DNA of 63,997 nucleotides from the NCBI GenBank assembly GCA_035432765.1, contig DAORTR010000001.1, forward strand, positions 1 to 63,997, written 5' to 3'. A model generated the notes under the pieces. That model searched no databases. It saw nothing but the letters and a program-made list of their open reading frames with translations, and was not told the origin of the DNA. Below, in pieces: positions 38,809 to 47,959 of this stretch. The position numbers were made by a program, and so were the translations under genes. The stretch is from Pyrinomonadaceae bacterium. Lineage in GTDB: Bacteria > Acidobacteriota > Blastocatellia > Pyrinomonadales > Pyrinomonadaceae. How positions within the stretch are numbered: position 1 is the first letter of the stretch; every line of letters starts with the position of its first letter.

Positions 38809-39923
38809 TATTTTGCACCTCCTGCGATTTCGACGGCTGCTGTTTTAACGCCGGCCGCCGCCTTCATTGCATTGATTCGATCTGTGTTGACCAGGGCTCC
38901 GGCCTCGGGCGAAGCCTCGAGCTGGCCGAAACGCTCGCCGAATTCGACGATCGCCGGCAGTTCGGTAACGAACTGCTTGAACCACTCGACACGCGAGAAC
39001 TCGATCGGCTTTTCACCGGCTTTGCGTTCCGCGAATTTGATCGCGGCTTTGCCGCCGTCGCGTTCGTCCGCGTCGGCAAGCGATTCCATAAAATCGACAA
39101 CGCCGGCGCTCTTTAGATAGTGACGGGCCTTTTCGACCGGGATCGATTCGACGAACGATACGATCTGCGATCTGCGTCCGGTCGCAACGCCCGCGTCGAT
39201 CTTCTTCACGAGTTCGGCGTTCACGACGGCAAGAGCGTCGAACTTCGCCTTGTACTCGGCGGTCGTCGCAGCAACAGCCGACTTGACCATCGCACTGATC
39301 TGTTCCTCGGAAAGGCTCATCACTGCCGTCTGCTCTGAAGCAGGCGGTGCAGTCTGATCGGCCGCAGGCGGCGTCTTTGCGTCGCCCTCTTTGAACTCGG
39401 CCTTTTGCCCGCCGAGCTTCGCTTTGACTTTTTCCCAGAAGCTTTCCGGCAACTGGTCGAGATCTTCCTCTTCCATTTTTTTCTCCTCTGTCAGGTTGAT
39501 TACTTCGACGGCGAAGGAATCGCCGTCCGAAAATTTGATATCCGCCAGGCCCTTAATGGCCGGAGCCGCACCGCCGAGGAACCCGACGTGTCGCAGGCTC
39601 GGCGGATCGAGATAGAACGATGCCGACCGTTTTTTATAACGTCCGGCTTCGACGAGTTTTTCGAACTCGTCATCCGTATCGACGAAACGCGCCTCGAGCA
39701 CGTCGCCGTTAAGCCGCAGGTCGCTCGTCCAGCCGAACGCCGGCTCAGTGTCCGAGTCCGGATGTCCGACGACGACGGGAGCGTCGTGACCGCCCGCTTT
39801 GTAGTTCGCGATCACTCGCTTAATCCACTCCGGCGAGAGGTCGCGTGCCGTGCCTGTCGAATCGGTCGCCTGCCCGAGGCGTGCGATCTCGATCCACTGA
39901 TTGTTAAATCCGACCTTCGGCAT
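38808..39923 (-). CDS. Mu gpI-like head maturation protease with C-terminal scaffold region
   Basis: N-terminus NQWIEIARLG ... VVVGHPDSDTEPAFGWTSDLRLNGDVLEARF ... RYKKRSASF, as in the Mu I family. The C-terminal half is helical and charged. Confidence 0.8.
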   Translation of the reverse strand: MPKVGFNNQWIEIARLGQATDSTGTARDLSPEWIKRVIANYKAGGHDAPVVVGHPDSDTEPAFGWTSDLRLNGDVLEARFVDTDDEFEKLVEAGRYKKRSASFYLDPPSLRHVGFLGGAAPAIKGLADIKFSDGDSFAVEVINLTEEKKMEEEDLDQLPESFWEKVKAKLGGQKAEFKEGDAKTPPAADQTAPPASEQTAVMSLSEEQISAMVKSAVAATTAEYKAKFDALAVVNAELVKKIDAGVATGRRSQIVSFVESIPVEKARHYLKSAGVVDFMESLADADERDGGKAAIKFAERKAGEKPIEFSRVEWFKQFVTELPAIVEFGERFGQLEASPEAGALVNTDRINAMKAAAGVKTAAVEIAGGAK

Positions 39924-39980
39924 AATAAAAAGAAAGAGGCCCGCGAATCCTTTTTAGGATCACGGGCCTCGCAGGGCCTC
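39924..39980 (-). terminator. intrinsic-terminator-like hairpin abutting the gpI start codon
   Basis: Minus-strand RNA reads GAGGCCCUGCGAGGCCCGUGAUCCUAAAAAGGAUUCGCGGGCCUC followed by UUUCUUUUUAUUAUG. The stem has 8 GC-rich bp plus an inner helix. Two alternative 5' GAGGCCC arms are available. Confidence 0.7.
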
Positions 39981-40009
39981 TTGCTGTTCGTCGTTTGAGC
40001 TTGTTTTAG

Positions 40010-40270
40010 TTAGGGCGTCTCAGCGCCTCGCTTTTCGAGAGCCGCATCAGATAAGGAGCGTACGGCCGTTTCGTTATGGATACTATTCTTTTCTGCATCG
40101 GGTTGCAAGTAAATTCGATTACTGCGACCGCACTTTTTACATTTATATCGGAGAACGCCGCTCGAACCCGCCTTGATCTCGCAGATCATACGACGGCAAC
40201 TGGGACAGCGGACGGGAAGGAATCCGTTGTCCGTTTCCGGCTGAATTTTATCGTATTGCGATTTCTGCAT
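40010..40270 (-). CDS. Com-like zinc-finger protein (Mu Com family)
   Basis: VRCPSCRRMICEIKAGSSGVLRYKCKKCGRSNRIY parallels Mu Com IRCKNCNKLLFK...IEIRCPRCKR. ATG at 40270. Confidence 0.7.
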   Translation of the reverse strand: MQKSQYDKIQPETDNGFLPVRCPSCRRMICEIKAGSSGVLRYKCKKCGRSNRIYLQPDAEKNSIHNETAVRSLSDAALEKRGAETP

Positions 40271-40404
40271 CACTGACTATCTACCCAGTACCCTTCCAAA
40301 CCTCTCCAAACCGTTCAGTATCGATCCAAATCCGAAATAGGTAGTAGGGCTTGGGTTCGCTATTTTTCGACCGCCAAATCGCGACCATTCGCGACGTGTC
40401 CCGA

Positions 40405-41175
40405 TCACCTCGATCGGAATGAAATATCTAGTTCCTGTTTTAGGACCTTGAGATAATTCTCAACCTCGGCACGCGTCACCGGACGATCGTCGTGAGTGCG
40501 TCGTTTGAGATCTCGATGAGCCGCGATGTGCAGCAGTGCATTCACGAGGGCCGTCGCCTGCCGGAACGTAAGTCGCTTGTACGAAAGCGTCGGACTTGCC
40601 GCGATCGCACTTGCCCATGGAAACCGCTTCGCCAAATACTTTTGGACGTCCGCGTCGCTCCACGTTAGATAGCGCTGGAGCTTATCGAGCGTATAGACCT
40701 GTTCGTGCGAGGAGAGAAAAACGGTTTCGCGTGGTCTCGGCTGCGTGCCGCTTTTTCCCTGCCCGAAATGAGCGCGAACGACGTTGCCGGCCTCTGCCCG
40801 CTTTCTCGGCACATACGACTGTATCGGTTTCGGATCTGTGTAGCCCGTCAAACGCTTCAACTCGCCGGCGACAAGGCCGAGATGCTCGTCCGATAGATCA
40901 GAGAGCGATCCGAGCGGATTCGCAAGGTCGAGGAATTCCGTGATCCAGCTGAGGCGAGCTTCGCGGTCGGCCTCGCTGCCCTCGCGTCCGGCAAGCTGCT
41001 TCCAGCAGATGTTTATCGCCGCGTAGGCTTTCGTTCGCCATTCCCGCGAACCGCCGCGTCTCGTTGTTCGTGTTGCCTGCATTTGATCGTTGCTCCCTGT
41101 TTTCTTGGCAGGACGGACACCGCCGCCCCGCCTGGCTATTTTATTAAAGGGTCGTTGCGTGAGCCTCGCCCTCAC
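40405..41175 (-). CDS. GemA/gp16-like regulatory protein (DUF1018)
   Basis: Two-part pattern: AINICWKQL...REARLSWITEF...LSDLSDEHLGLVAGELKRL and LTFRQATALVNALLHI. The true start may be the internal Met near 41082. Confidence 0.55.
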   Translation of the reverse strand: MRARLTQRPFNKIARRGGGVRPAKKTGSNDQMQATRTTRRGGSREWRTKAYAAINICWKQLAGREGSEADREARLSWITEFLDLANPLGSLSDLSDEHLGLVAGELKRLTGYTDPKPIQSYVPRKRAEAGNVVRAHFGQGKSGTQPRPRETVFLSSHEQVYTLDKLQRYLTWSDADVQKYLAKRFPWASAIAASPTLSYKRLTFRQATALVNALLHIAAHRDLKRRTHDDRPVTRAEVENYLKVLKQELDISFRSR

Positions 41176-41205
41176 GTTGGCGGCGGCGGTAGGCCGCGAA
41201 AAGTG

Positions 41206-41451
41206 TCATCGGATTTTCTCCTCGATGCCTTTACTCTGCAAGACTTTTCGCTCTTTACGTGCTTTCTCAAGCACGTTTGTACGGAATTCTTCGCACAATC
41301 GCTCCAATATCGCCTCACTGATTTCGTGCAATGCGTATGTCGAAGGCTCAAGATGGCGAGAGCTGCCGTCGCTTGGCGGCAACTTAACGGTGACAAAATT
41401 AGGCGTGGTGAACGGAGCGAGTTCTACTTCCATTTTTATAATCGTTGTCAT
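41206..41451 (-). CDS. hypothetical early protein
   Basis: 81-aa ORF co-oriented in the early operon. Confidence 0.5.
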   Translation of the reverse strand: MTTIIKMEVELAPFTTPNFVTVKLPPSDGSSRHLEPSTYALHEISEAILERLCEEFRTNVLEKARKERKVLQSKGIEEKIR

Positions 41452-41535
41452 CGCGTTACCTCATCCTCAATGCCTTCGTGGGCGATTCGATGAGCCGCGG
41501 CGCGTTGTCGTTCATTTCGTTTTCTCCTTCTTCCA

Positions 41536-41724
41536 TTATTTTTTCTCTCCTTGCATCCGCTCCCACTCTCTGCCTGCGAACCAGATCGCCTTTATAAGGG
41601 CGTCCGCAAACGGACTAGGCGACGGCCACTTTATCCCGTTCTTCGGAAACCACTCCCTGTAGAGGGAGCGATATATCGTGTTGACCTCATCTCGCTCTTC
41701 TTTTGTCCACATTTTCCTCGTCAT
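41536..41724 (-). CDS. hypothetical early protein
   Basis: 62 aa from MTRKMWTKEE.... Its start overlaps the upstream stop (ATGA). Confidence 0.5.
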   Translation of the reverse strand: MTRKMWTKEERDEVNTIYRSLYREWFPKNGIKWPSPSPFADALIKAIWFAGREWERMQGEKK

Positions 41725-42170
41725 TTTGTTTTCTCCTCCACGAAATCCAGCGTCATCTGACCGGCAAGCCGCGGATAATTCTTCTTCAGCATTATCGCGA
41801 CGGTGCTCGCCTCGTCTTTGATCTGTGCAAAAAACACTTTTGCAAATTCCTCGACCTCCGGCTCGGTTCGTCCCCACCAATAACCGGCGGGAAAGCCCTT
41901 TCGGCTGCAGATCGGGAAGCCGCGTTCGCGGCGAAACCGTCGGATCATTAGACGAACCGTCCGGTTCGTCAAGAGCGTCTGCGATTCGCGCGTTACCTCG
42001 GCGATCAGCTCTCGCTGTTTGACAGGCTCCGTTGTCGTGGCTCGCAGCAGCCGACCCACGACAACGATCTCGATATTGCTAAGGCCGACGCTCGACGCCG
42101 GATTTATGATCTCCTCCTCGACTGTCTCTTCGGGAAGGAATCTGTTTGGTTCTACTTCCGTGCCCTGCAT
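41721..42170 (-). CDS. hypothetical early protein (possible winged-helix)
   Basis: 149 aa from MQGTEVEP.... The longer ORF prefix, reaching up to 42380, looks non-coding. Confidence 0.5.
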   Translation of the reverse strand: MQGTEVEPNRFLPEETVEEEIINPASSVGLSNIEIVVVGRLLRATTTEPVKQRELIAEVTRESQTLLTNRTVRLMIRRFRRERGFPICSRKGFPAGYWWGRTEPEVEEFAKVFFAQIKDEASTVAIMLKKNYPRLAGQMTLDFVEEKTK

Positions 42171-42187
42171 ATACCTTTCGCCTCCTT

Positions 42188-42952
42188 CTACGCGATCATC
42201 GCGTCCGCACGCAGTTCGTCGGGGACGTCTGCGAGGTTCGCTACCATGTCGTAGTTCAGCAATGCGTTGATCACCGACGCGCGTTGTGCTGCGTTGAGCG
42301 TCGCCGCTGTCGCCGACCGGAATTCTTTGGCGAGCCACGCTCGATATGACCGCTGATCCTTGCCGATGATCAGTCCGCATTCCTCGGCGAGAGCGTGGAT
42401 CTGCCGCAAGTCCTTGCCGCGAAGCTCACTCGCATCGGCACGCTTATGCAGTTCGATCTCCTCCTCTGAAAGTCGCTCATCCTCGGCAGGCGACAAGGCC
42501 GGCCGCGTCGGATATGCGGATCGAAAGCCCGCCTTGAACGGGTGAAAGCCCGCGGCACTTAACGCCGCCTGCAAAGCCCGTCCTTGAGCCAGAGCGTGCG
42601 TATCGAGGCTTACGACCTCGTCGCCCACTTCGCCGCCGTGCTCCTCGCCGATCGTCGCAACGCCGCATCGCTCGAACGTTCTCCCGTCAGCGTCGATCAC
42701 TTTTGCATTCCAAATTTGCTGTTCGAGTTCGCGAACGTACTGGTTGAACGAAATGCCGACGTAGGTGAACGATCCGATCTGCAGTGCGATCGACTGCAGA
42801 AGATCGGGCGGGATCCATGGCTCGTCCGCTTGGCTGAAAAATCGGCATCTAGCGAGAGCCGCTTCCGACAAGCCATATTCGTGCTTGAGGGTATTGAGGC
42901 TCCGCAACTGGCCGGCGGTTAGTATCTGTCGTGTCTGTTGTTGTGTAGTCAT
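42188..42952 (-). CDS. hypothetical early protein
   Basis: 254-aa ORF with no family recognised. The start is uncertain because it overlaps the upstream ORF by about 100 nt. Confidence 0.55.
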   Translation of the reverse strand: MTTQQQTRQILTAGQLRSLNTLKHEYGLSEAALARCRFFSQADEPWIPPDLLQSIALQIGSFTYVGISFNQYVRELEQQIWNAKVIDADGRTFERCGVATIGEEHGGEVGDEVVSLDTHALAQGRALQAALSAAGFHPFKAGFRSAYPTRPALSPAEDERLSEEEIELHKRADASELRGKDLRQIHALAEECGLIIGKDQRSYRAWLAKEFRSATAATLNAAQRASVINALLNYDMVANLADVPDELRADAMIA

Positions 42953-43202
42953 AAGTCGTCTCCGGTGTTTTGTCTCTTAGGGTTTTGCCGAGTGCGATTC
43001 CGATAACGGAAGCAGGGATGTAGCTGCGGCCGCCGCACTCGGCACATCTGCCGTCGGCTGTCAGCATTGTTTTTCTCGGCAGCGTCTCGTCGCCTGCGCA
43101 GTCGCCGCAGACTATCCGCGTCGCGGTTACTGCCGGAATCGACGCGGGCGAGATCGTGTCAAAAAGCGAACCTGTGAGCAGTCGTATCTGTTGTCGGTTC
43201 AT
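42849..43202 (-). CDS. hypothetical zinc-ribbon protein
   Basis: CGDCAGDE ... CAECGG cysteine pairs. It lies directly downstream of the MuB-like gene. Its 3' end overlaps the next ORF. Confidence 0.45.
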   Translation of the reverse strand: MNRQQIRLLTGSLFDTISPASIPAVTATRIVCGDCAGDETLPRKTMLTADGRCAECGGRSYIPASVIGIALGKTLRDKTPETTYDYTTTDTTDTNRRPVAEPQYPQARIWLVGSGSR

Positions 43203-43211
43203 ATCGTCTCC

Positions 43212-44306
43212 TTATCCGAGCATCAGACGCGTCATCGCGCTTGCGACGAGGTCCTCCGCTTTCAGGTCTCCGGCGGCGATCGCCTCGGCATTCTTGTCGA
43301 ATAACGCTTTCAATCGCGGCAGCAGGAAGCTCAGGTTGCGAAAGTTCGCGACCTGATACGTGCCTGTCGTCGATCGCTGATTGCTCGATATCGCGTTGAA
43401 TACCGCCGCGACGACCGCCGCCGTTGCCCGTCGTCCGAGAGTCTTTTGAACGACCGGCTTAACCTCTTCGAGCGAGAGCCCCTTGAGCGGAACGAACATC
43501 GCGACGCGGCTCGAAAGCTGCGCCTTGATGTCCTCCCGATCGGTGAGCATCGAAAATAGTTCGTAGAGTTGATGCGTTCCCGCGAGAACGATGCCGACGC
43601 GTGCCCGCTCCCAGATGTGGCAGATCGTGCCAAGCCCGCGTTCGTCCAAATAGTTCGCTTGATCCACGAAGATCACGCGCTTGTTTTTGATCAGGCTCTC
43701 GGCGATCCGATCCTCGGTTTCGGGAATGCAGCCGAGGTTCTTGAGTCGCAGTTCGGAGGCAAGCCGCCGGACAAAATAGCCTGGCGTTATGTTCCGCGAA
43801 CACAGTATCCGTATCGGCGGCGTCGTCATCCGATCGAGTACGTACTGCTGCAGCGAAACCGATTTACCGTGCCCCGGCGAACCGTACGCGACGACGATGA
43901 TATTCTCCTCGATCGCGGTCGAGCAGGCGTATTCGAGTTGACTCGCGAGCACCGTTCGCACGAATCCGATGCCGCTGCCGTCGGCGTTCGTGTTTTCCAT
44001 TCGGTCAAGATATTCGCGAACTTTACTCTCGATGCGGCTCGCCTTCGGGTTAACGGCTGCTCCTCCCGGCCCGCCGCGAAGAAAATATTCGCCTTTCAAA
44101 AGCAGGTCGAGTGCCGTCTTCGAAACGCCGATCGAGTGTTCCTTGTCGAGCACCGACGTTGTCAGATGCGGATGCTCGCTCATAAATCTCTCGAACCTAA
44201 GGCGAAGCGCTTCATCGTGACTGCTTCCGCTGCCGCCGACGATGTTCACGCTGCCACGCGTTTCGTCCAGTCGGCTCGCGGCCGACATTGTTAATCGTGA
44301 TCCCAT
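43212..44306 (-). CDS. MuB-like AAA+ transposition ATPase
   Basis: Walker A GSPGHGKS and Walker B VIFVDQANYL. GGAG lies 7 nt upstream of the ATG at 44306. The ORF is open up to 44399. Confidence 0.8.
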   Translation of the reverse strand: MGSRLTMSAASRLDETRGSVNIVGGSGSSHDEALRLRFERFMSEHPHLTTSVLDKEHSIGVSKTALDLLLKGEYFLRGGPGGAAVNPKASRIESKVREYLDRMENTNADGSGIGFVRTVLASQLEYACSTAIEENIIVVAYGSPGHGKSVSLQQYVLDRMTTPPIRILCSRNITPGYFVRRLASELRLKNLGCIPETEDRIAESLIKNKRVIFVDQANYLDERGLGTICHIWERARVGIVLAGTHQLYELFSMLTDREDIKAQLSSRVAMFVPLKGLSLEEVKPVVQKTLGRRATAAVVAAVFNAISSNQRSTTGTYQVANFRNLSFLLPRLKALFDKNAEAIAAGDLKAEDLVASAMTRLMLG

Positions 44307-44436
44307 TTCAATTCTCCAAATGTTTTTGTAATTGACTTGAGCCTGTCGGTACGTGGTATAAACGTTCCTGACAAACCGGTCGTAAATCGTCTCCAACACG
44401 TTCTCGGCCGTGTCTCTTTTGTTGAGGAGGCTTTGT

Positions 44437-44952
44437 TCAAGAAAGCCTCTTCTTCTTTCTGCTGTTGTGTATGATCTCGGGGTCTATCTCTTCGATCAGA
44501 TCCCGAATCTTTTTGATAGCTATGTCGTCCGATAGACGGAAATCGTCGCCCAGAACGTCGTAGGTCTCTCGCACGATCGCCGCAAGCCGATCGGGCAGCC
44601 GCAGAATTTTCGTTGTCATTTCATCGACCATCCAGTTCACCTCCTGTTTTAATTTCTTTTCCCGTCGCTCTTTTGCGATGAGAAGCACTGCATAAACTCG
44701 TCGAAACTGTCGGTAGGTCGCAATGTGAGAGAGCGTCTGCGGGCTCGGTATCTCGCGTTTGTGCACGAACCGGAACCGGAGGCCGTATTTGGCGATCTGC
44801 TCAACGGGAAAGGCATAGCTGCCGCGACAGATCATGCACACTCGAAATCTTCGTTTTCGGTGGACGACCCTACCGCCGTCATCGTCCCTGCGAGTTTTCC
44901 GTCCGCACACGCTGCAGACTTTCCGTCGTCGCTTCTGCTCATCCCCACCCAT
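44437..44952 (-). CDS. hypothetical zinc-ribbon protein inserted between the transposase and the ATPase
   Basis: 171 aa with CSVCGRK ... CMICRG, an Arg/Lys-rich N-half and a helical acidic C-half. GC is lower by eye. Confidence 0.5.
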   Translation of the reverse strand: MGGDEQKRRRKVCSVCGRKTRRDDDGGRVVHRKRRFRVCMICRGSYAFPVEQIAKYGLRFRFVHKREIPSPQTLSHIATYRQFRRVYAVLLIAKERREKKLKQEVNWMVDEMTTKILRLPDRLAAIVRETYDVLGDDFRLSDDIAIKKIRDLIEEIDPEIIHNSRKKKRLS

Positions 44953-45166
44953 AGCGAATTGCCTCGAAGAAAAATTTAATTGGTCCGCCTAACGGGCATC
45001 ATCAACCGCTAAAGATGACCGCTGTCGCATGGAGCTGAACGCCTGACGTTGCCTGGACAAGCAACGCGGAGATTGTTGCGTTCGTTTTTACCCCGTCGTG
45101 TCACATCCATTCTCCGGGGAGCGGTTTCTATCACGCCAGCGCGGACCAAACTTGAGTTTTCAATTT

Positions 45167-47404
45167 TCAATCCCACTCGTCCTTTATCTGCGGACGGGAC
45201 ACGGCCTCACTCTCACCGCCGAAAAACCCTTCGACGACATTCGACGCATCAACGTCGTCGGCTGTTACGCTTCGACGCGGTGCCGCCGGAACCGCACGGT
45301 CGAGCCGCGTTAGTTGGCGTACCGTCGGCTGCGAATTGACGGCCAACTTCTCGGCGTCCGGCGAGCTGGGCTCGTCGTGCTCGTTGACGATCTGTGCGAC
45401 ACGATCCTCCGTCGTTTCGCCGCGATAATTCGATTCCTGAATAAACCGAAACTCTCGGACGACCTTTCGCTCATGAGCCTTTTGCCGTGCGATCATTTCC
45501 ATCGACTTCTTGTTCGGATTCAGGATCGAACTCGGCGTTACGAGTTGAGCCTCGACAATGCGTCCGTCGGGCAGAACCGCCCAGAGTCGCGAATAATCGC
45601 CGTCCGAATACCGCACCTCGATCTCGATCGAGCGATCGCCCTTGTAGGCCGAGAATTCCTCGCAGAGGTAGTACCAGTGCGGCTGATGCATCTGAATGCC
45701 GTTCTTGCCGATCTTCCGCTTCGCGGTTTTCATCAGCAGCAGAGCGAGCGATGCGTCCGAGATCTCGTATCGCGTGTGATAAAGCCGCTCAAACTCCTCT
45801 GCCGGGACGATTCGCGAACCGCCGAGCACCGCCCGTTTGTGTGCCGAGTGGTTGTACTCAACGATCCATCCGGCGAGGTTCTCGCGGTAGCTGTCGAACG
45901 TCATAAACGGCGATTCGGACTCTATCCGCTCACGATTGCCGTCGGCACGTTTGACGAGCTTCTGGTGCCGGTGCCACGCCCGCCGCCATTGATCCGGCTT
46001 GTCAGTCTTGCCGTTTCCGCAGTACTCGTCGACAAAGTCGTTCTGCTCCCAAGCCGAGATATCCTTGTGCACACGCTCGACCGGTTTTTCTTTCGCGTTG
46101 TAGCCGCGGGCCATAATATGTTTGATCCCCAGCTCGTCCATAAAACCCACGCGGCGTTGCGTGCAGATCGCGTTCAGCCCGCCGTCGATCGCGGCCGCCC
46201 GCTTAAATACGAGGTCTTGGCCCGTGAGCGTTCGCGAACGGTAGTCGCGGCCCTGATCGGTGTAGAGATACGACGTGTAGCCGCTCTCCGGATCCGAGAT
46301 CGGCTGCGCACCGAAGTTCTGTACGCCGTTCACGTAGGCCAAACCGATAGTTCGCGATGACGGCACCGTGTCCAGATGCCAGCCCCAAATGAGCGACGTT
46401 CGCAGGTCGTACCAAAGGGTGAGCCACGGTCGGATCAGTTCACCGTCCGGCAGCATCACCGAAACATCGCGTACCGAGTGATCGCCGCACAGGATCTGGA
46501 GAGCTCCGAGATCTGCGACGGTTCGCGGCAGGAACGGCGACAGACGGCCTTGATAGGCGTTCTCACCTTCGAAGGTGAGCGTCGAGACGATCTTCGGCAG
46601 ATCGCGGTATCGTCGATATATCCAGCCGTATGCAGGGATCTTCCACCCGTGTTTTCGTGCCTCTCGCTCCAACGCCTGATGGAGTTTGAACGGGCTTGGC
46701 TTCTTTCGCCAATTTTTGTTCAGCCAATCGACAGCAGCCGCTGAAACCTCGGCACGACGTGCATCGATGCGTCCCGTCGGCGCAGGCGGCTTCCGCAGGA
46801 ACGCCCCGAGGCCGATCTTTCGCACCGCCTTTGACCACGCTTCGATCGCGTGAGGCGATCGGCGTTTCGCCCGGTTCGGTTCGACCGCGACGATCCCCGC
46901 GTCCGTACACGGGGTTTCATCGCAAAGCCGTTCGACCGCCGGGACGTAGTCGAACGCTCGTCCGGCATCTTTTCGCACGCGTTTCGGCGAGATGCGGTCG
47001 TATCGCCGGACGATCTCGGCGAGACGTTCGGCCTCGGCTAGCATTCGTTCGCGAAGCTCCGGCCGGTATCGCGCGAGCGAATTCACAAGAGCCGTCTCCG
47101 GGTCGTCTCCCTCGCTCCGGTCGGTATCGTCGTCCACGGCGGTTGCATCGCTCAACACGAGATCGTCCGTTGCGACGTCCGTGCTTGTTTCAGTTGTCAA
47201 AGAGCCGGTCTGACCGTGGCCGAAGATCTGCAGGTACGCGGCCTGATATCGCTCGGGGAGCGATTCGAGCAAAACCTCTTCGACGGGTCGGCCGTTGCGG
47301 CCTCGACGGCCCGTCTGCCGCCAACGCCATACGTCGCGGTTGCGGTGCAGAATGCCTCTCGACACTCCGATCTCGGTCAGTTGATGCGGGGTCAACCAGA
47401 TCAT
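45167..47404 (-). CDS. MuA-like DDE transposase
   Basis: 745 aa. N-terminal HTH region, an rve-type core (LCGDHSVRDV ... LYTDQGRDYRS ... EYNHSAHK) and a Mu-transposase C-terminal barrel region (VRYSDGDYSRLWAVLPDGRIVEAQ). Confidence 0.9.
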   Translation of the reverse strand: MIWLTPHQLTEIGVSRGILHRNRDVWRWRQTGRRGRNGRPVEEVLLESLPERYQAAYLQIFGHGQTGSLTTETSTDVATDDLVLSDATAVDDDTDRSEGDDPETALVNSLARYRPELRERMLAEAERLAEIVRRYDRISPKRVRKDAGRAFDYVPAVERLCDETPCTDAGIVAVEPNRAKRRSPHAIEAWSKAVRKIGLGAFLRKPPAPTGRIDARRAEVSAAAVDWLNKNWRKKPSPFKLHQALEREARKHGWKIPAYGWIYRRYRDLPKIVSTLTFEGENAYQGRLSPFLPRTVADLGALQILCGDHSVRDVSVMLPDGELIRPWLTLWYDLRTSLIWGWHLDTVPSSRTIGLAYVNGVQNFGAQPISDPESGYTSYLYTDQGRDYRSRTLTGQDLVFKRAAAIDGGLNAICTQRRVGFMDELGIKHIMARGYNAKEKPVERVHKDISAWEQNDFVDEYCGNGKTDKPDQWRRAWHRHQKLVKRADGNRERIESESPFMTFDSYRENLAGWIVEYNHSAHKRAVLGGSRIVPAEEFERLYHTRYEISDASLALLLMKTAKRKIGKNGIQMHQPHWYYLCEEFSAYKGDRSIEIEVRYSDGDYSRLWAVLPDGRIVEAQLVTPSSILNPNKKSMEMIARQKAHERKVVREFRFIQESNYRGETTEDRVAQIVNEHDEPSSPDAEKLAVNSQPTVRQLTRLDRAVPAAPRRSVTADDVDASNVVEGFFGGESEAVSRPQIKDEWD

Positions 47405-47411
47405 CGTTGCG

Positions 47412-47639
47412 TTAAATGGTCGTGCGTGCTCCCATCAAAAGTTCGCGATCTGCGACATAGCCGAGGAGCGCGCTTCTCAAAACCTGCTCGATCGTCTGCC
47501 ACCCGTCTCTGTAGTAATCCCCGAGCTTCTCGTCGCCGCCATAGGTCGCGTTCCAACGCTGTTTGTACAGATAGCGTGCGATGCGATTCAGCCTCTCGGC
47601 CGCGAATACTGTCGTTGTTGTGGTTGATGTTGTGGTCAT
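47412..47639 (-). CDS. hypothetical early protein
   Basis: 75 aa from MTTTSTTTTTVFAAERL.... The start overlaps the upstream stop. Confidence 0.5.
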   Translation of the reverse strand: MTTTSTTTTTVFAAERLNRIARYLYKQRWNATYGGDEKLGDYYRDGWQTIEQVLRSALLGYVADRELLMGARTTI

Positions 47640-47959
47640 TTCGAGTCCTCCAAAATCTCGGCGTCCAGGATCGAGTCCGATGCCGCACGCCCATCTGCAA
47701 GCACGAGTTCTTTGAAATCGAGGAAGTCGTTGAGGAGAACGCGTGGGACCATCGTGCTTCGGCCGGCGCGAAAGGTTCTCTGGATCTTGAAAGCTCCAAA
47801 CTCGTCCTTGAAGGTCAGTGAGCAAGTAAATGTAACGCGGCTGGTCGGATGCGCCGTTAGGGGATGTGAGTCGGGGTTGAGAGTTACCGCCACCTCGCCT
47901 TCGCGAAGAAAGAATCCTCGTCGCGCTCGGTTGAGTTGTTGCCGCCACTTTTTTGTCAT
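47636..47959 (-). CDS. hypothetical early protein
   Basis: 107-aa ORF, translationally coupled on both sides. Confidence 0.55.
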   Translation of the reverse strand: MTKKWRQQLNRARRGFFLREGEVAVTLNPDSHPLTAHPTSRVTFTCSLTFKDEFGAFKIQRTFRAGRSTMVPRVLLNDFLDFKELVLADGRAASDSILDAEILEDSK

